A stretch of 64,000 bases of DNA from an uncultured Actinomycetota bacterium (GTDB lineage: Bacteria; Actinomycetota; Actinomycetes; Mycobacteriales; Mycobacteriaceae): contig CAVRIH010000015.1 in the NCBI GenBank assembly GCA_963721195.1, forward strand, positions 70,349 to 134,348, read 5' to 3'. Both the position numbers and the translations under genes were made by a program. The notes below the pieces were generated by a model, which was not told where the DNA came from, ran no database searches, and was given only the letters and a program-made list of their open reading frames with translations. Shown piece after piece: positions 51,656 to 61,393 of the stretch (positions within the stretch are counted from its first letter, which is position 1; each line of letters starts with the position of its first letter).

Positions 51656-51882
51656 CCGGGGGAGTCTTCGTCCCATGGACAGGCCGCCCGTTGTCTGGAT
51701 CGGATTCCTGCCGGATGCCTATCGTTGCGGCCTTCGTCTTTCGGACAGATGACCCGGTGCACATTGGTTGCGGAATATGATTTTCGCCATCGGTTTTCGT
51801 GGGTTATCCCCATAGTCGAATTCATCCACAGAGCAGGCCGTGACGGTGGCGCGGTGTCGGCGACGGCCCGCATGGTGGGCCC

Positions 51883-52956
51883 ATGGGATCCACCGCCGGA
51901 ATTCTCGCACTGATCAGCGACGCCGATCTGCGCGACGACATCGATCGCATCACCGCGGCGGCGGGCGTCCAAGTCGTTCACGCAAGTGAACCGTCCGGTC
52001 GCAAGGTGTGGACGGGCGCGGTGGCTGTGCTGCTCGACCGCGAGGCGGCCCACCGCTGCGCGAGGCGGGCGTTGCCACGACGCGGCCACGTCATCCTCGT
52101 AGCACAGTCGGAGCCCGGCCCCGCCGATTTCCAGGCCGCCATCGCTGTCGGCGCGCAGCAGGTCGTGACCCTGCCCACCGACGACGGTCAATTGATGGCC
52201 GAACTGGCAGAAGCGGCCGAAGCGGCTCTGGCGGACGGCTCGCGCGGCGCGGTTGTGGCCGTTATCGCCGGGCGCGGTGGAGCAGGCGCATCGGTGTTCG
52301 CGGCGGCGTTGGCGCAGACGGCATCGGCGGTGACCGACGCGCTGCTCATCGACGCCGACCCGTGGAGCGGTGGCATCGACCTGCTGCTGGGTATCGAGGC
52401 CGACACCGGGCTGCGCTGGCCCGATCTGACGCTGCAGGGCGGACGACTGAACTACGCGGCGCTGCGTGACGCACTTCCGCGGCAGCATGGCGTATCAGTG
52501 CTCTCGGGTGGTCGCGGCGGCGGCGACATCGACGCAGCACCCCTGGGTGCCGTCGTCGACGCGGGCAGTCGCGGCGGCGCAACTGTGGTCTGCGACGTAC
52601 CGAGACGATCGACCGCAGCTGCCGAAACCGCGCTCGAACAGGCGGATCTGGTCATCGTCGTGGCTCCCGCCGACGTGCGCTCCTGTGCTGCGGCCGAGGG
52701 AGTTGCGCGCTGGGTTTCGACCGTCAACCCCAACGCGGGCCTGGTCGTACGAGGACCGGCGCCGGGTGGGTTGGGGTCCTCCGACGTGGCCGAGATCGTG
52801 GGCCTTCCGCTACTTGCCGCTATGCGACCGCAGGCGGGTATCGCGGGAAACCTTGAACGCGGCGGCCTTCGGTTGCGTCGCCGCTCACCGCTCGCCGGGG
52901 CCGCTCGTCGGGTGATGGCGGTACTGCAGCAGCACTCGGTGGTGAGCGCGGCATGA
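51883..52956 (+). CDS. ssd: Septum site-determining protein / CpaE-like (Rv3660c-like)
   Basis: GRGGAGAS, DADPWSGGIDL, GLRWPDL. Confidence 0.92.
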   Translation: MGSTAGILALISDADLRDDIDRITAAAGVQVVHASEPSGRKVWTGAVAVLLDREAAHRCARRALPRRGHVILVAQSEPGPADFQAAIAVGAQQVVTLPTDDGQLMAELAEAAEAALADGSRGAVVAVIAGRGGAGASVFAAALAQTASAVTDALLIDADPWSGGIDLLLGIEADTGLRWPDLTLQGGRLNYAALRDALPRQHGVSVLSGGRGGGDIDAAPLGAVVDAGSRGGATVVCDVPRRSTAAAETALEQADLVIVVAPADVRSCAAAEGVARWVSTVNPNAGLVVRGPAPGGLGSSDVAEIVGLPLLAAMRPQAGIAGNLERGGLRLRRRSPLAGAARRVMAVLQQHSVVSAA

Positions 52957-54119
52957 GCGCCTCGCTGATCGAGCGCGTCCGCGAGCGGTTGGCCGCCGAG
53001 TCGGGACCGCTGCGGCCCACCGCGGTCGCCGCGGCGATCCGAGCGGAGTCCGGTGGGCTGTTGGGGGACGCCGAGGTCCTGAGCGGCCTGCGGGTGCTCG
53101 AGACCGAACTCACCGGGGCAGGCATTCTCGACCCGTTGTTGCGCGCGGATGGGACAACCGATGTTCTGGTCACCGCGCCCGACGCGGTGTGGGTCGACGA
53201 CGGCGACGGATTGCGCCGCACCTCGATCCGGTTTGCCGACGACGACGCCGTCCGTCGACTGGCGCAACGGCTGGCGCTGTCGGCCGGACGCCGGCTGGAC
53301 GAGGCGCAGCCCTGGGTCGACGGCCAACTGACCGGACTGGGAACCGGGCAATGTACCGTGCGCCTGCACGCGGTGTTGTCGCCGATCGCGCCCGGCGGCA
53401 CGTGCCTGTCCTTGCGAGTGCTCCGACCCGCCACCCAGGACCTCGCCGCCCTGATGCGGACGGGAACCATCGAGCCGTCCGCGGCGACGCTGCTGGACGA
53501 CATCATCTCCGCGCGCCTGGCCTTCCTCGTCTCCGGCGGCACCGGCGCAGGCAAGACGACCTTGTTGGCCGCGATCTTGGGTGCGGTTCCCGGGCATGAA
53601 CGCATCGTTTGCGTAGAGGACGCCGCCGAACTGGAACCTGCGCACCCGCATTTGGTGAAGCTCGTCGCGCGGTGCGCCAACGTCGAGGGCGTCGGCGAAG
53701 TCACTGTGCGCGATCTGGTCAAGCAGGCGCTACGGATGAGACCGGACCGGATCGTGGTCGGTGAGGTCCGAGGCGCTGAGGTGGTCGATCTACTCGCCGC
53801 ACTCAACACCGGCCACGACGGCGGGGCAGGGACCGTGCACGCCAACAGACCTGCCGAGGTACCAGCCCGGCTCGAAGCGCTTGCCGCGGTTGGCGGGCTC
53901 GATCGTGGTGCGCTGCACAGTCAGCTCGCGGCGGCCGTTCAGGTGCTCGTGCACATCAGCCGCGATCGCGCCGGGCGGCGCCGGCTCAGTGAGATCGCGG
54001 TGCTCAGCGCGGCCGGCGACGGCCGGGTCCGCGCCATGACCGCGTGGCGTGCGGGCACGGGGTACGACTGCGGCGCAGAACATCTGCGGAAGCTCGTGCG
54101 TGAGCGGCGGCCGGCATGA
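52953..54119 (+). CDS. tadA: TadA/CpaF pilus ATPase
   Basis: GGTGAGKTT, VEDAAEL, ALRMRPDRIVVGEVRG, NTGH. Confidence 0.95.
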   Translation: MSASLIERVRERLAAESGPLRPTAVAAAIRAESGGLLGDAEVLSGLRVLETELTGAGILDPLLRADGTTDVLVTAPDAVWVDDGDGLRRTSIRFADDDAVRRLAQRLALSAGRRLDEAQPWVDGQLTGLGTGQCTVRLHAVLSPIAPGGTCLSLRVLRPATQDLAALMRTGTIEPSAATLLDDIISARLAFLVSGGTGAGKTTLLAAILGAVPGHERIVCVEDAAELEPAHPHLVKLVARCANVEGVGEVTVRDLVKQALRMRPDRIVVGEVRGAEVVDLLAALNTGHDGGAGTVHANRPAEVPARLEALAAVGGLDRGALHSQLAAAVQVLVHISRDRAGRRRLSEIAVLSAAGDGRVRAMTAWRAGTGYDCGAEHLRKLVRERRPA

Positions 54120-54913
54120 GCGATGCGGCACTGGCACTGGCCCTCGCGCTGCTGACGGCGCCGCGCCCGGCCGGGCACCGACTTCGTGCGCGCGGACCTA
54201 TCCCGTCGACGCTGCGCGGCGCGCCGCGCGCCTGGATCCTGATCCCGGCGGACGTGGTGCTGGCTCTTGCGCTGGCCGCGACGACGTCGCTCGGGGTCGT
54301 CGCCGCCGCAGCGATCGTGGGCGCGACCGTTGAGGTTCGTCGGAGGAGTCGGCAGCGGCGTCGCGCGCGTACCGCCGAAGCCGCCGCGCTGCGAGGTGCG
54401 CTGGACATCCTGGTTGGGGAATTGCGTGTCGGAGCCCACCCCGTCGCCGCATTCGGAGTCGCCGCCGATGACGTGGGCGGTGTCGTCGCCACGGCGCTGA
54501 GGACGATCGCGGCGCGGGCGCGACTGGGCGCCGACGTCGCCGCGGGGATGCTCGGCGTGGCGCGTCGCTCGTCGCTGCCCGGGCAATGGGAGCGGCTCGC
54601 GGTGTGCTGGCAGCTCGCGCAGACCCATGGACTGGCCATCGGGACCCTGATGCAGACCGCGCAGCGGGATCTGGTTGAGCGGGAACGATTCTCCTCCCGC
54701 GTCGATGCCGGTATGGCAGGAGCGCGGACCACCGCGTCGGTGCTGGCAGGCCTACCGGTCATCGGTATCGGACTCGGCCAGCTGATCGGTGCCGATCCGG
54801 CGCGCCTCCTGCTCTCCGACGGATTGGGTGGGTGGCTGTTGGTGATCGGGGTGCTACTCGCCTGTGCCGGACTGCTGTGGTGTGACCGGATCACCAGCGG
54901 GGTATTGAGATGA
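54116..54913 (+). CDS. tadB: TadB-like T2SSF membrane protein
   Basis: GELRVGAHP, AGARTTASVLAGLP; operon position. Confidence 0.85.
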   Translation: MSDAALALALALLTAPRPAGHRLRARGPIPSTLRGAPRAWILIPADVVLALALAATTSLGVVAAAAIVGATVEVRRRSRQRRRARTAEAAALRGALDILVGELRVGAHPVAAFGVAADDVGGVVATALRTIAARARLGADVAAGMLGVARRSSLPGQWERLAVCWQLAQTHGLAIGTLMQTAQRDLVERERFSSRVDAGMAGARTTASVLAGLPVIGIGLGQLIGADPARLLLSDGLGGWLLVIGVLLACAGLLWCDRITSGVLR

Positions 54914-55521
54914 TCTGGGCCGCAGTCTTATTGGCCGCCGCGTTGCTGATCGGCACCGATAGGTCAAGCGCTCGCGTTCATGCGCGAGACGGCGAGATCC
55001 GCGGCGGGGTGCAGACATCGGGGCGTCATTCTGCTGCCCCTGTCGTCGATCCGCTGGCCACCGCGTCGACGCTAGAGGTGCTGGCCACGTGCCTGCGTTC
55101 GGGAATGGCGGTGTCGACGGCCGCAGCCGCGACGGCGCCGTCCGCGCCACCGCACCTGGCAAGGATCCTGCATCGGGCCTCGGAACTGCTTGCGCTCGGC
55201 GCTGATCCGGCGTCGGCGTGGTCGGATCCAGCCCATGACGCGCGCAGGGCGCGGCAGCGCCAGGACGACCAGGCCGACGCGCTGCTGCGCCTGGCCCGCC
55301 GGTCGGCATCCTCGGGCGCCGCCCTCGCGCAGGGGGTCGCCGAGTTGGCCACCCAAGCGCGCGACGAGGCTGCCGACGCCGCCAGTGCGGCCGCGGAACG
55401 GGCCTCGGTCTTGATCGCGGGCCCCCTTGGGCTGTGCTACCTCCCGGCGTTCCTGTGTCTGGGCATCGTTCCGGTCGTCGCGGGGCTGGCGGGTGATGTG
55501 CTGCGTTCTGGTGTGTTGTGA
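54910..55521 (+). CDS. tadC: TadC-like T2SSF membrane protein
   Basis: LIAGPLGLCYLPAFLCLGIVP. Confidence 0.85.
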   Translation: MIWAAVLLAAALLIGTDRSSARVHARDGEIRGGVQTSGRHSAAPVVDPLATASTLEVLATCLRSGMAVSTAAAATAPSAPPHLARILHRASELLALGADPASAWSDPAHDARRARQRQDDQADALLRLARRSASSGAALAQGVAELATQARDEAADAASAAAERASVLIAGPLGLCYLPAFLCLGIVPVVAGLAGDVLRSGVL

Positions 55522-55552
55522 CGGATCCGAAAAGTGATGGGGAGGAAATCGA

Positions 55553-55777
55553 TTGATACGCAACTGGGCCCACGCGGTCGCGGGGGGAATTCGTTCAGTC
55601 AAGACGAGACTGAGCCTGCTGATAGTGGACGAAAGTGGCATGTCCACGGTCGAATATGCGATCGGGACGATCGCGGCGGCGGCGTTCGGCGCCATTCTGT
55701 ACAGCGTCGTGACGGGCGACTCGATCGTCAGCGCGCTGACCAACATCATCAGCCGAGCGCTGAACACCAACGTCTAG
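55553..55777 (+). CDS. Flp-type pilin (DUF4244, Rv3656c-like)
   Basis: DESG/MSTVEYAIG prepilin cleavage motif. Confidence 0.9.
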   Translation: MIRNWAHAVAGGIRSVKTRLSLLIVDESGMSTVEYAIGTIAAAAFGAILYSVVTGDSIVSALTNIISRALNTNV

Positions 55778-56100
55778 GTGGTGAGGTCGGCGGTGCCACG
55801 GTCGAGGCGGCGTTTGGCATTGCGGGCCTGGTCGTCGTGCTGCTGTTGTGCGCGTCGAGTCTCACCGCGGTGTCGATGCAGATCCGATGCATCGACGCGG
55901 CCAGGGAGGCGGCTCGCCTGGCTGCGCGTGGCGACGACGGGTCCGACGCCGCACGTGCCGTCGCGCCGCAGGGCGCGGTGGTGCACCTTCGCCGCGACGG
56001 CGAACACGTCGTCGCCACCGTCTCGGCGCGATCGGCTCTGCTGCCGGGGATCACCATCGCCGGGCGCGCTGTCGCCGCGGTGGAGCCTGGTCAGCGCTGA
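55778..56100 (+). CDS. TadE-like minor pilin (Rv3655c-like); start codon apparently out of frame by one base
   Basis: GGATVEAA...RCIDAAREAARLAARG; GTG 55778 is in frame only if one G is added. Confidence 0.8.
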
Positions 56101-56446
56101 TCGGGGCTCGGCCACTCTGGTGGCCGCGGCGATGATGGCGGGGCTCATCGCGATGACCGTCGCGTGTGCGTACCTCGGTTCGGCCGTGATTGCGCGACAC
56201 CGTGTTCAGGCGGCGGCCGATCTCGCCGCACTGGCGGCGGCCGGACGGCTCACGCAGGGTGTGGACGCCGCATGTGCGCATGCCGTCGCACTCGCCGAGG
56301 CGATGGATACGACGGTCGTTGGTTGCGACATGGTCGGGCTCGATGTCGTTGTCGCCGTTGATGTCAACGTAGCGCTGGGCCGGCTGGGCGGAGGTACGGC
56401 ACGAGCGGTCGCGCGCGCAGGTCCGGTCGACTCAGGGCTGACGTAG
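56087..56446 (+). CDS. TadE/TadG-like pseudopilin (Rv3654c-like); start uncertain
   Basis: DRGSATLV, ARHRVQAAADLAALAAA, ARAVARAGP. Confidence 0.82.
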   Translation: MVSADRGSATLVAAAMMAGLIAMTVACAYLGSAVIARHRVQAAADLAALAAAGRLTQGVDAACAHAVALAEAMDTTVVGCDMVGLDVVVAVDVNVALGRLGGGTARAVARAGPVDSGLT

Positions 56447-57415
56447 CGTCGCCAACCCGGCGTACACGTCGTCCTCGAGCTCGACGCGGTTCACCGTGAC
56501 GTGCACAGGCGTCCACCCACCTTCGTTCGCCGCCAATCGCAACGTGCCCGACGTGCTTCCAGTGGCGAATTCCTCTGCCATTCTTGCCATCTGGGCACGA
56601 TCTTCTGGATGGACGCTGTGATCACCTGCCAAACTCACCCGCCAGTTGAAGAACGGGGCGGGGTCGTCGAGCCATTTCAGCAGTGTCCAGTTCGTCGGGT
56701 CGACGAGGGCGCGATGAGCGCCGGGCTGTGCCAGCCCCTTGAGGATGCGCTCGGCCAAGTAGTCGCGTGAATCCGATTCGCCGTCGCGTTCGCCGCGCCA
56801 GTTCATGGCCCGAAGGATCAGGCGCCGGCTCCCGTCGTCTTCATCTTCGGCCAGCACCCGGGCGACGAAGCCGATCGTGATCGGTTCGCCGCGATGGTCT
56901 GTGACGTCCCATGAATTGCAGATCGTCTGACCGGGCTCGCGCGTGATCGTCATCGACAGGACTTTGGCCTCGCTCGGATTGAGCTCGCGTTTGGGCAGGT
57001 CTTCGGCGAACGCCCTACCGTGTGTCACCTGGCTGTCCGGTGCCCATCCGCTGTTGAGCAGAGACTCGGTGGTGTCGGTGGCGGTGCCGTCGGTGAGGTC
57101 CCAGACCAATGGTCCGGGAACCGGGCGGTCCGGCGGCTCCATGTCGGGCGGGCCGATCCACACGTGCACACCGTGAATTCGTCCGTCGGACATCTGGACG
57201 ACTTCGGTGCGGATCACGCGGTCGTTCTTGGGTGTGATGCTGCTCAGACCCTGTCCGGCGCGCACAGCTTCGCCAATGGCCGTTTGTATTGCCATCAAAT
57301 TCGGATTTCGCCTCAGAAACGCACTGACCGGGACCATGTTCTTGGTTCGACGACCTTGTGCCACCACGGCGGGCTCGCTGCCAAGGGTCTCCACGAGCAA
57401 CCAGTCGTGGTTCAT
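56432..57415 (-). CDS. GAF/PAS-domain protein (Rv3651-like)
   Basis: HDWLLVETLG, DGRIHGVHVW, VHPEDR; TAAACT -10 immediately upstream (likely leaderless). Confidence 0.85.
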   Translation of the reverse strand: MNHDWLLVETLGSEPAVVAQGRRTKNMVPVSAFLRRNPNLMAIQTAIGEAVRAGQGLSSITPKNDRVIRTEVVQMSDGRIHGVHVWIGPPDMEPPDRPVPGPLVWDLTDGTATDTTESLLNSGWAPDSQVTHGRAFAEDLPKRELNPSEAKVLSMTITREPGQTICNSWDVTDHRGEPITIGFVARVLAEDEDDGSRRLILRAMNWRGERDGESDSRDYLAERILKGLAQPGAHRALVDPTNWTLLKWLDDPAPFFNWRVSLAGDHSVHPEDRAQMARMAEEFATGSTSGTLRLAANEGGWTPVHVTVNRVELEDDVYAGLATLRQP

Positions 57416-57721
57416 GTGGCTAGTTTAGGGCGGGCTCTTCGGGCCTCCGCAGCCAGCAGCCGACTACGGAATTCGTGGTCGCACGACTTCCGGCCACCGT
57501 CAAATGGCGCTTTCGAGGGTGCCGGTTGCCGCGGATAAAGTTGCTATACCCACTGCGACAAGGTAGTTTTCCACTGCACCCCGGCTTCTAGGGTTAAGGA
57601 ACGGATCGCGTTGTCCGGCCGTTCTCCGCAACTGTGTTACTGGGCGTTTCCGCCTTTAGGTTCTTCAACCGCGTAACCGCGGGGGCGACTGTTCGAGGGG
57701 TCGGTCGCCCCCGGCGGCGGT

Positions 57722-60064
57722 TCATACTGCAGCGTGGCCTAGTTCGCCCAGCACCAGTCTCAGCACTTTGATCGCACCCTGTTTGTCGAGCGGGTCGTTT
57801 CCGTTGCCACATTTGGGCGATTGCACGCACGACGGGCACCCCATCGGGCAGTCGCATGCCTCGATGGCCGCTGCGGTCGCCGCCCACCAGGTACTGATCT
57901 TTGAAAAGCCGCGATCGGCGAAACCCGCGCCGCCGGGATAACCGTCGTAGACGAATATCGTCGGTAGGCCGTCCACCGGGCCTATCGCCATGGACACCCC
58001 GCCGATGTCGCCGCGGTCGCAGCTGGCGACCAAGGGCAACAACCCGATCGCCGCGTGTTCGGCCGCGTGCAGCGAGCCCGGGACCCGCAACGGCTCTATC
58101 CCGTTGTGCTGCAATGCCTCAGGTGTGATGGTGCACATCACCGCCTTGGTGTCCAGGGTGCGCGTCGGCATGTCCAGTTCGATGAAGTCAATGACCTCGC
58201 CGGTCAACCGGCGACGTAGATAGCCGATCACGGTGTTCGTCACGGAGACCGGCACCAACCCAACTGTCGTCGGGCCGTAAATCTTTCGCTCACCCTCGCC
58301 GGTGACAGCGATGTCGGTCAGTTCGCGAGCGAACGTGGTGTACCCGGGGTCCTCCGCGTGGACGAAGGCGATCCCGTCCTCGAAATCGAGTGAGTCGACG
58401 ACATAACTCTCACCCTGATGCAGGTAAACGGCACCGGGATGAACCGATGCCGGTGCCTGGGCGGCGCCGGCACTGCCCAGCAGTCGACCGGTGCCGGCTT
58501 CCAGGATCGCGATCTGACCGCCCGACGAGCCACGAATGTCAACGGCCGGATGCGGATCGACACCGGGAGTGGGGAAGTAGCCGCCTGCCCGCCGGCGCAG
58601 CAAGCCGTCGTCGACGAGCGAGGCCGCGACCGCCTCGGCATTCCACATCCGTACCTCCGCTTCGGTGAGCGGCAGTTCGGTTGCAGCGCAGAGAAGCTGC
58701 GGTCCAAGGACATACGGGTTGGATGGGTCAATGACGACGCGCTCGATCGGTTTGTCCAGCAGCGCTTCCGGATGATGGACGAGGTATGTGTCGAGTGGGT
58801 CGTCTCGGGCGATCAACACGATCAGTGCGCTCTGGCCCCGACGGCCCGCGCGGCCGGCCTGCTGCCAGAAGGACGTCACCGTGCCGGGAAAACCGGCCAG
58901 CACGACGGCGTCGAGACCGGCGATGTCGACGCCGAGTTCCAAGGCATTGGTGGTCGCCAGGCCCCGCAATTCGCCATCGGCCAGTGCGCGTTCCAATGCG
59001 CGGCGGTCTTCGGCCAGGTAGCCCGCCCGATAGGACGCCACCTTCTCGGCGAGATCGGGTGCGAGTTCCGCCAGCCTTGCGCGCGCTCCGAGTGCGGTGA
59101 GTTCGGCACCGCGGCGCGAACGCACGAACGTCAACGTGCGGGCGCCCTCGGCGATCAGATTCCCCATCACCTGGGCTGCGTCCGCGCCCGCGGAACGTCG
59201 GACCGGAGCGCCGTTTTCGCCGACGAGGTCGTCCAGCAGCGCCGGCTCCCACAACGCGACGGTACGTGCGCCCTGCGGTGATCCGTCCTCGGTGACCTCG
59301 GCGACGGTCTGACCGATCAGCTCCGAGGCGGTGCTCGCAGGCGACGCGGTGGTGGCACTGGCGAAGATCACCGTCGGCGCCGATCCGGTTGCCGAGTAGC
59401 GAGTGCTCAACCGCAGCAGGCGGCGTAGCACCATGGCCACATTGGACCCGAAAACACCACGGTAGTAGTGACATTCGTCAATAACGATGTATCGCAGATT
59501 CCGCAGGAACACCGCCCAGCGAGCATGGTTGCGTAGCAGCGACAGGTGAATCATGTCGGGATTGGAGAAGATCCACCGTGACCGCTCCCTGGCGAAGCGT
59601 CGCACTTCGGCAGGGCTGTCGCCGTCGTACGAGCTCGGGGCGACGTCGCGCAGTGCCGACACCGCTTCGGTAAGCGATACCGCGGCGCGCAACTGGTCGT
59701 GGCCGAGCGCCTTGGTTGGCGACAGATAGAGAACTCTGGAGCGCGAATCAGACTTCAGCACCGTCAGTATCGGCAGTTGGTACGCCACCGACTTGCCCGA
59801 GGCTGTTCCGGTGCTCAGTACGACGTGGCGGCCGGCGTGCGCCAGGTCGGCCGCGGCGAGTTGATGCGACCACGGAGCCTTGACGCCGCGATCAACAAAC
59901 GCCTGCACCACATCTGGATCGGCCCACCGGGGCCATACGTGTTGGCGTGCCTGGCGCGGCGGGAGATCGGCGACATGACGCAACGGGTTGTGCCCGCCGA
60001 CAGTTGCGCCGTCGACCGCGCAAGAGAGCAGCTCGCGGCCGAAATCTGCCTCCGATCCCGGCAT
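57722..60064 (-). CDS. DEAD/DEAH helicase with DUF1998 Zn domain (Rv3649/SftH/Hrq type)
   Basis: TGTASGKS, DECH, SAT, QQAGRAGR, CDCPMGCPSC. Confidence 0.93.
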   Translation of the reverse strand: MPGSEADFGRELLSCAVDGATVGGHNPLRHVADLPPRQARQHVWPRWADPDVVQAFVDRGVKAPWSHQLAAADLAHAGRHVVLSTGTASGKSVAYQLPILTVLKSDSRSRVLYLSPTKALGHDQLRAAVSLTEAVSALRDVAPSSYDGDSPAEVRRFARERSRWIFSNPDMIHLSLLRNHARWAVFLRNLRYIVIDECHYYRGVFGSNVAMVLRRLLRLSTRYSATGSAPTVIFASATTASPASTASELIGQTVAEVTEDGSPQGARTVALWEPALLDDLVGENGAPVRRSAGADAAQVMGNLIAEGARTLTFVRSRRGAELTALGARARLAELAPDLAEKVASYRAGYLAEDRRALERALADGELRGLATTNALELGVDIAGLDAVVLAGFPGTVTSFWQQAGRAGRRGQSALIVLIARDDPLDTYLVHHPEALLDKPIERVVIDPSNPYVLGPQLLCAATELPLTEAEVRMWNAEAVAASLVDDGLLRRRAGGYFPTPGVDPHPAVDIRGSSGGQIAILEAGTGRLLGSAGAAQAPASVHPGAVYLHQGESYVVDSLDFEDGIAFVHAEDPGYTTFARELTDIAVTGEGERKIYGPTTVGLVPVSVTNTVIGYLRRRLTGEVIDFIELDMPTRTLDTKAVMCTITPEALQHNGIEPLRVPGSLHAAEHAAIGLLPLVASCDRGDIGGVSMAIGPVDGLPTIFVYDGYPGGAGFADRGFSKISTWWAATAAAIEACDCPMGCPSCVQSPKCGNGNDPLDKQGAIKVLRLVLGELGHAAV

Positions 60065-60339
60065 GTATGCCCTTCCTCAAGCTTTTCCTACGTGAATTGT
60101 TCCCCAATCGATCGCTTCTCCACTGTCGCCGCAGCCCAGAACGTGATTGACTGACTGCGGTCGCAGCTTCTGTGTTCGTGTATTCGCACTCGCAGGATCG
60201 ACGTTGCGATCGCGGTTCCTGCGAGGGTTGTAGGTCGGGTCGAGTTCCGAGCACTCCACGAAGGTATGGCGGTCGGAACGGGCCCGGTGCACCGAAATGG
60301 TGAACCGCACCCGGTATGAAGAGAAGGAAAGTACGAGAG

Positions 60340-60543
60340 ATGCCACAGGGAACTGTGAAGTGGTTCAACGCGGAAAAGGGCTTCGGGTTCATCGCTCCCG
60401 AGGACGGTTCTGCCGATGTGTTCGTCCACTACACGGAAATTCAAGGAAGCGGCTTCCGCACCCTTGAGGAGAACCAGAAGGTCGAGTTCGAGGTTGGTCA
60501 GAGCCCCAAGGGTCCGCAGGCCACAGGCGTTCGCGCCGTCTAA
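60340..60543 (+). CDS. cspA: Cold-shock protein
   Basis: [24 protein letters not shown]. Confidence 0.97.
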   Translation: MPQGTVKWFNAEKGFGFIAPEDGSADVFVHYTEIQGSGFRTLEENQKVEFEVGQSPKGPQATGVRAV

Positions 60544-60560
60544 CCGACACACTTAGGGAA

Positions 60561-60604
60561 ACCCCCCGCACAGTTCCGGCAACGGCCACTGCGGGGGTGT
60601 TTTC
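60561..60604 (+). terminator. Intrinsic terminator after cspA
   Basis: CCCCCGCA...TGCGGGGG followed by TGTTTT. Confidence 0.75.
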
Positions 60605-60667
60605 GTTTGTGGGGTCGCCCGGCCCGGCGACGCCTCCCAGCGGCCGTCGGGGGCTTAGTGTCGAACC

Positions 60668-61258
60668 GTGAGCCAGCTGTCCTTCTTCTCGGCCGAGTCG
60701 GTGCCACCCGCAGTGGCCGACTTGACCGGGATGCTCGCCGCGCCGGGCCAGGTGGTGCTGGTGGGTTCGGGCTCTCAGATGGGGGCGCGGCTGTCGGTCG
60801 TGGTGGAGCAGGTATGGCGTGCAGAGGCCCTTGCCGAGATGATCGTCGAGGCCGGCCTGCAGCCCGAGATCGCCCGCACCGACGAGAACACCCCGCTGGT
60901 CCGAACGGCCGTGGACGCGCGCTTGGTCGCGATCGCGGGTGACTGGACGCGTGGCGCCGTCAAGACGGTGCCGCCGCAGTGGTTACCGGGCCCCCGGGAA
61001 TTGCGGGCCTGGACGCTTGCGGCAGGTACCCCGGAGGCCGATCGCTACCTGCTGGGTCTGGACCCGCACGCCCCCGACACGCATTCGCCCCTGGCCTCGG
61101 CGATGATGCGGGTCGGGATAGCCCCGACTCTGATCGGGACCAGAGGGTCTCGTCCAGCGCTGCGAATCAGCGGTCGCCGCCGGCTATCGCGGCTGGTAGA
61201 GAATGTGGGGGAACCGCCGGGCAATGTAGACGCGTTTGCCCAGTGGCCCCGCATTTGA
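60668..61258 (+). CDS. Conserved actinobacterial protein (Rv3647c-like)
   Basis: SQLSFFSAE, WTRGAVK, RLVENVGEPP; synteny. Confidence 0.85.
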   Translation: MSQLSFFSAESVPPAVADLTGMLAAPGQVVLVGSGSQMGARLSVVVEQVWRAEALAEMIVEAGLQPEIARTDENTPLVRTAVDARLVAIAGDWTRGAVKTVPPQWLPGPRELRAWTLAAGTPEADRYLLGLDPHAPDTHSPLASAMMRVGIAPTLIGTRGSRPALRISGRRRLSRLVENVGEPPGNVDAFAQWPRI

Positions 61259-61393
61259 CGCCTCGGAACCGGGGGGTCAGTTTGCGTCGGCCCGCGCAGA
61301 GTGCGAAATTGTCAGTTGCCGACGAGGCCCTACCGGACACTGAGCACGGCATCGGGCGTTGTAGGCAGCAGAAGAAGTGGAGCGTAGGCACTG

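Noticed and set aside
51237-51913. ORFs across the 6C RNA region
   Set aside because: Poly-Pro/Gly stretches arise from the C-rich RNA loops
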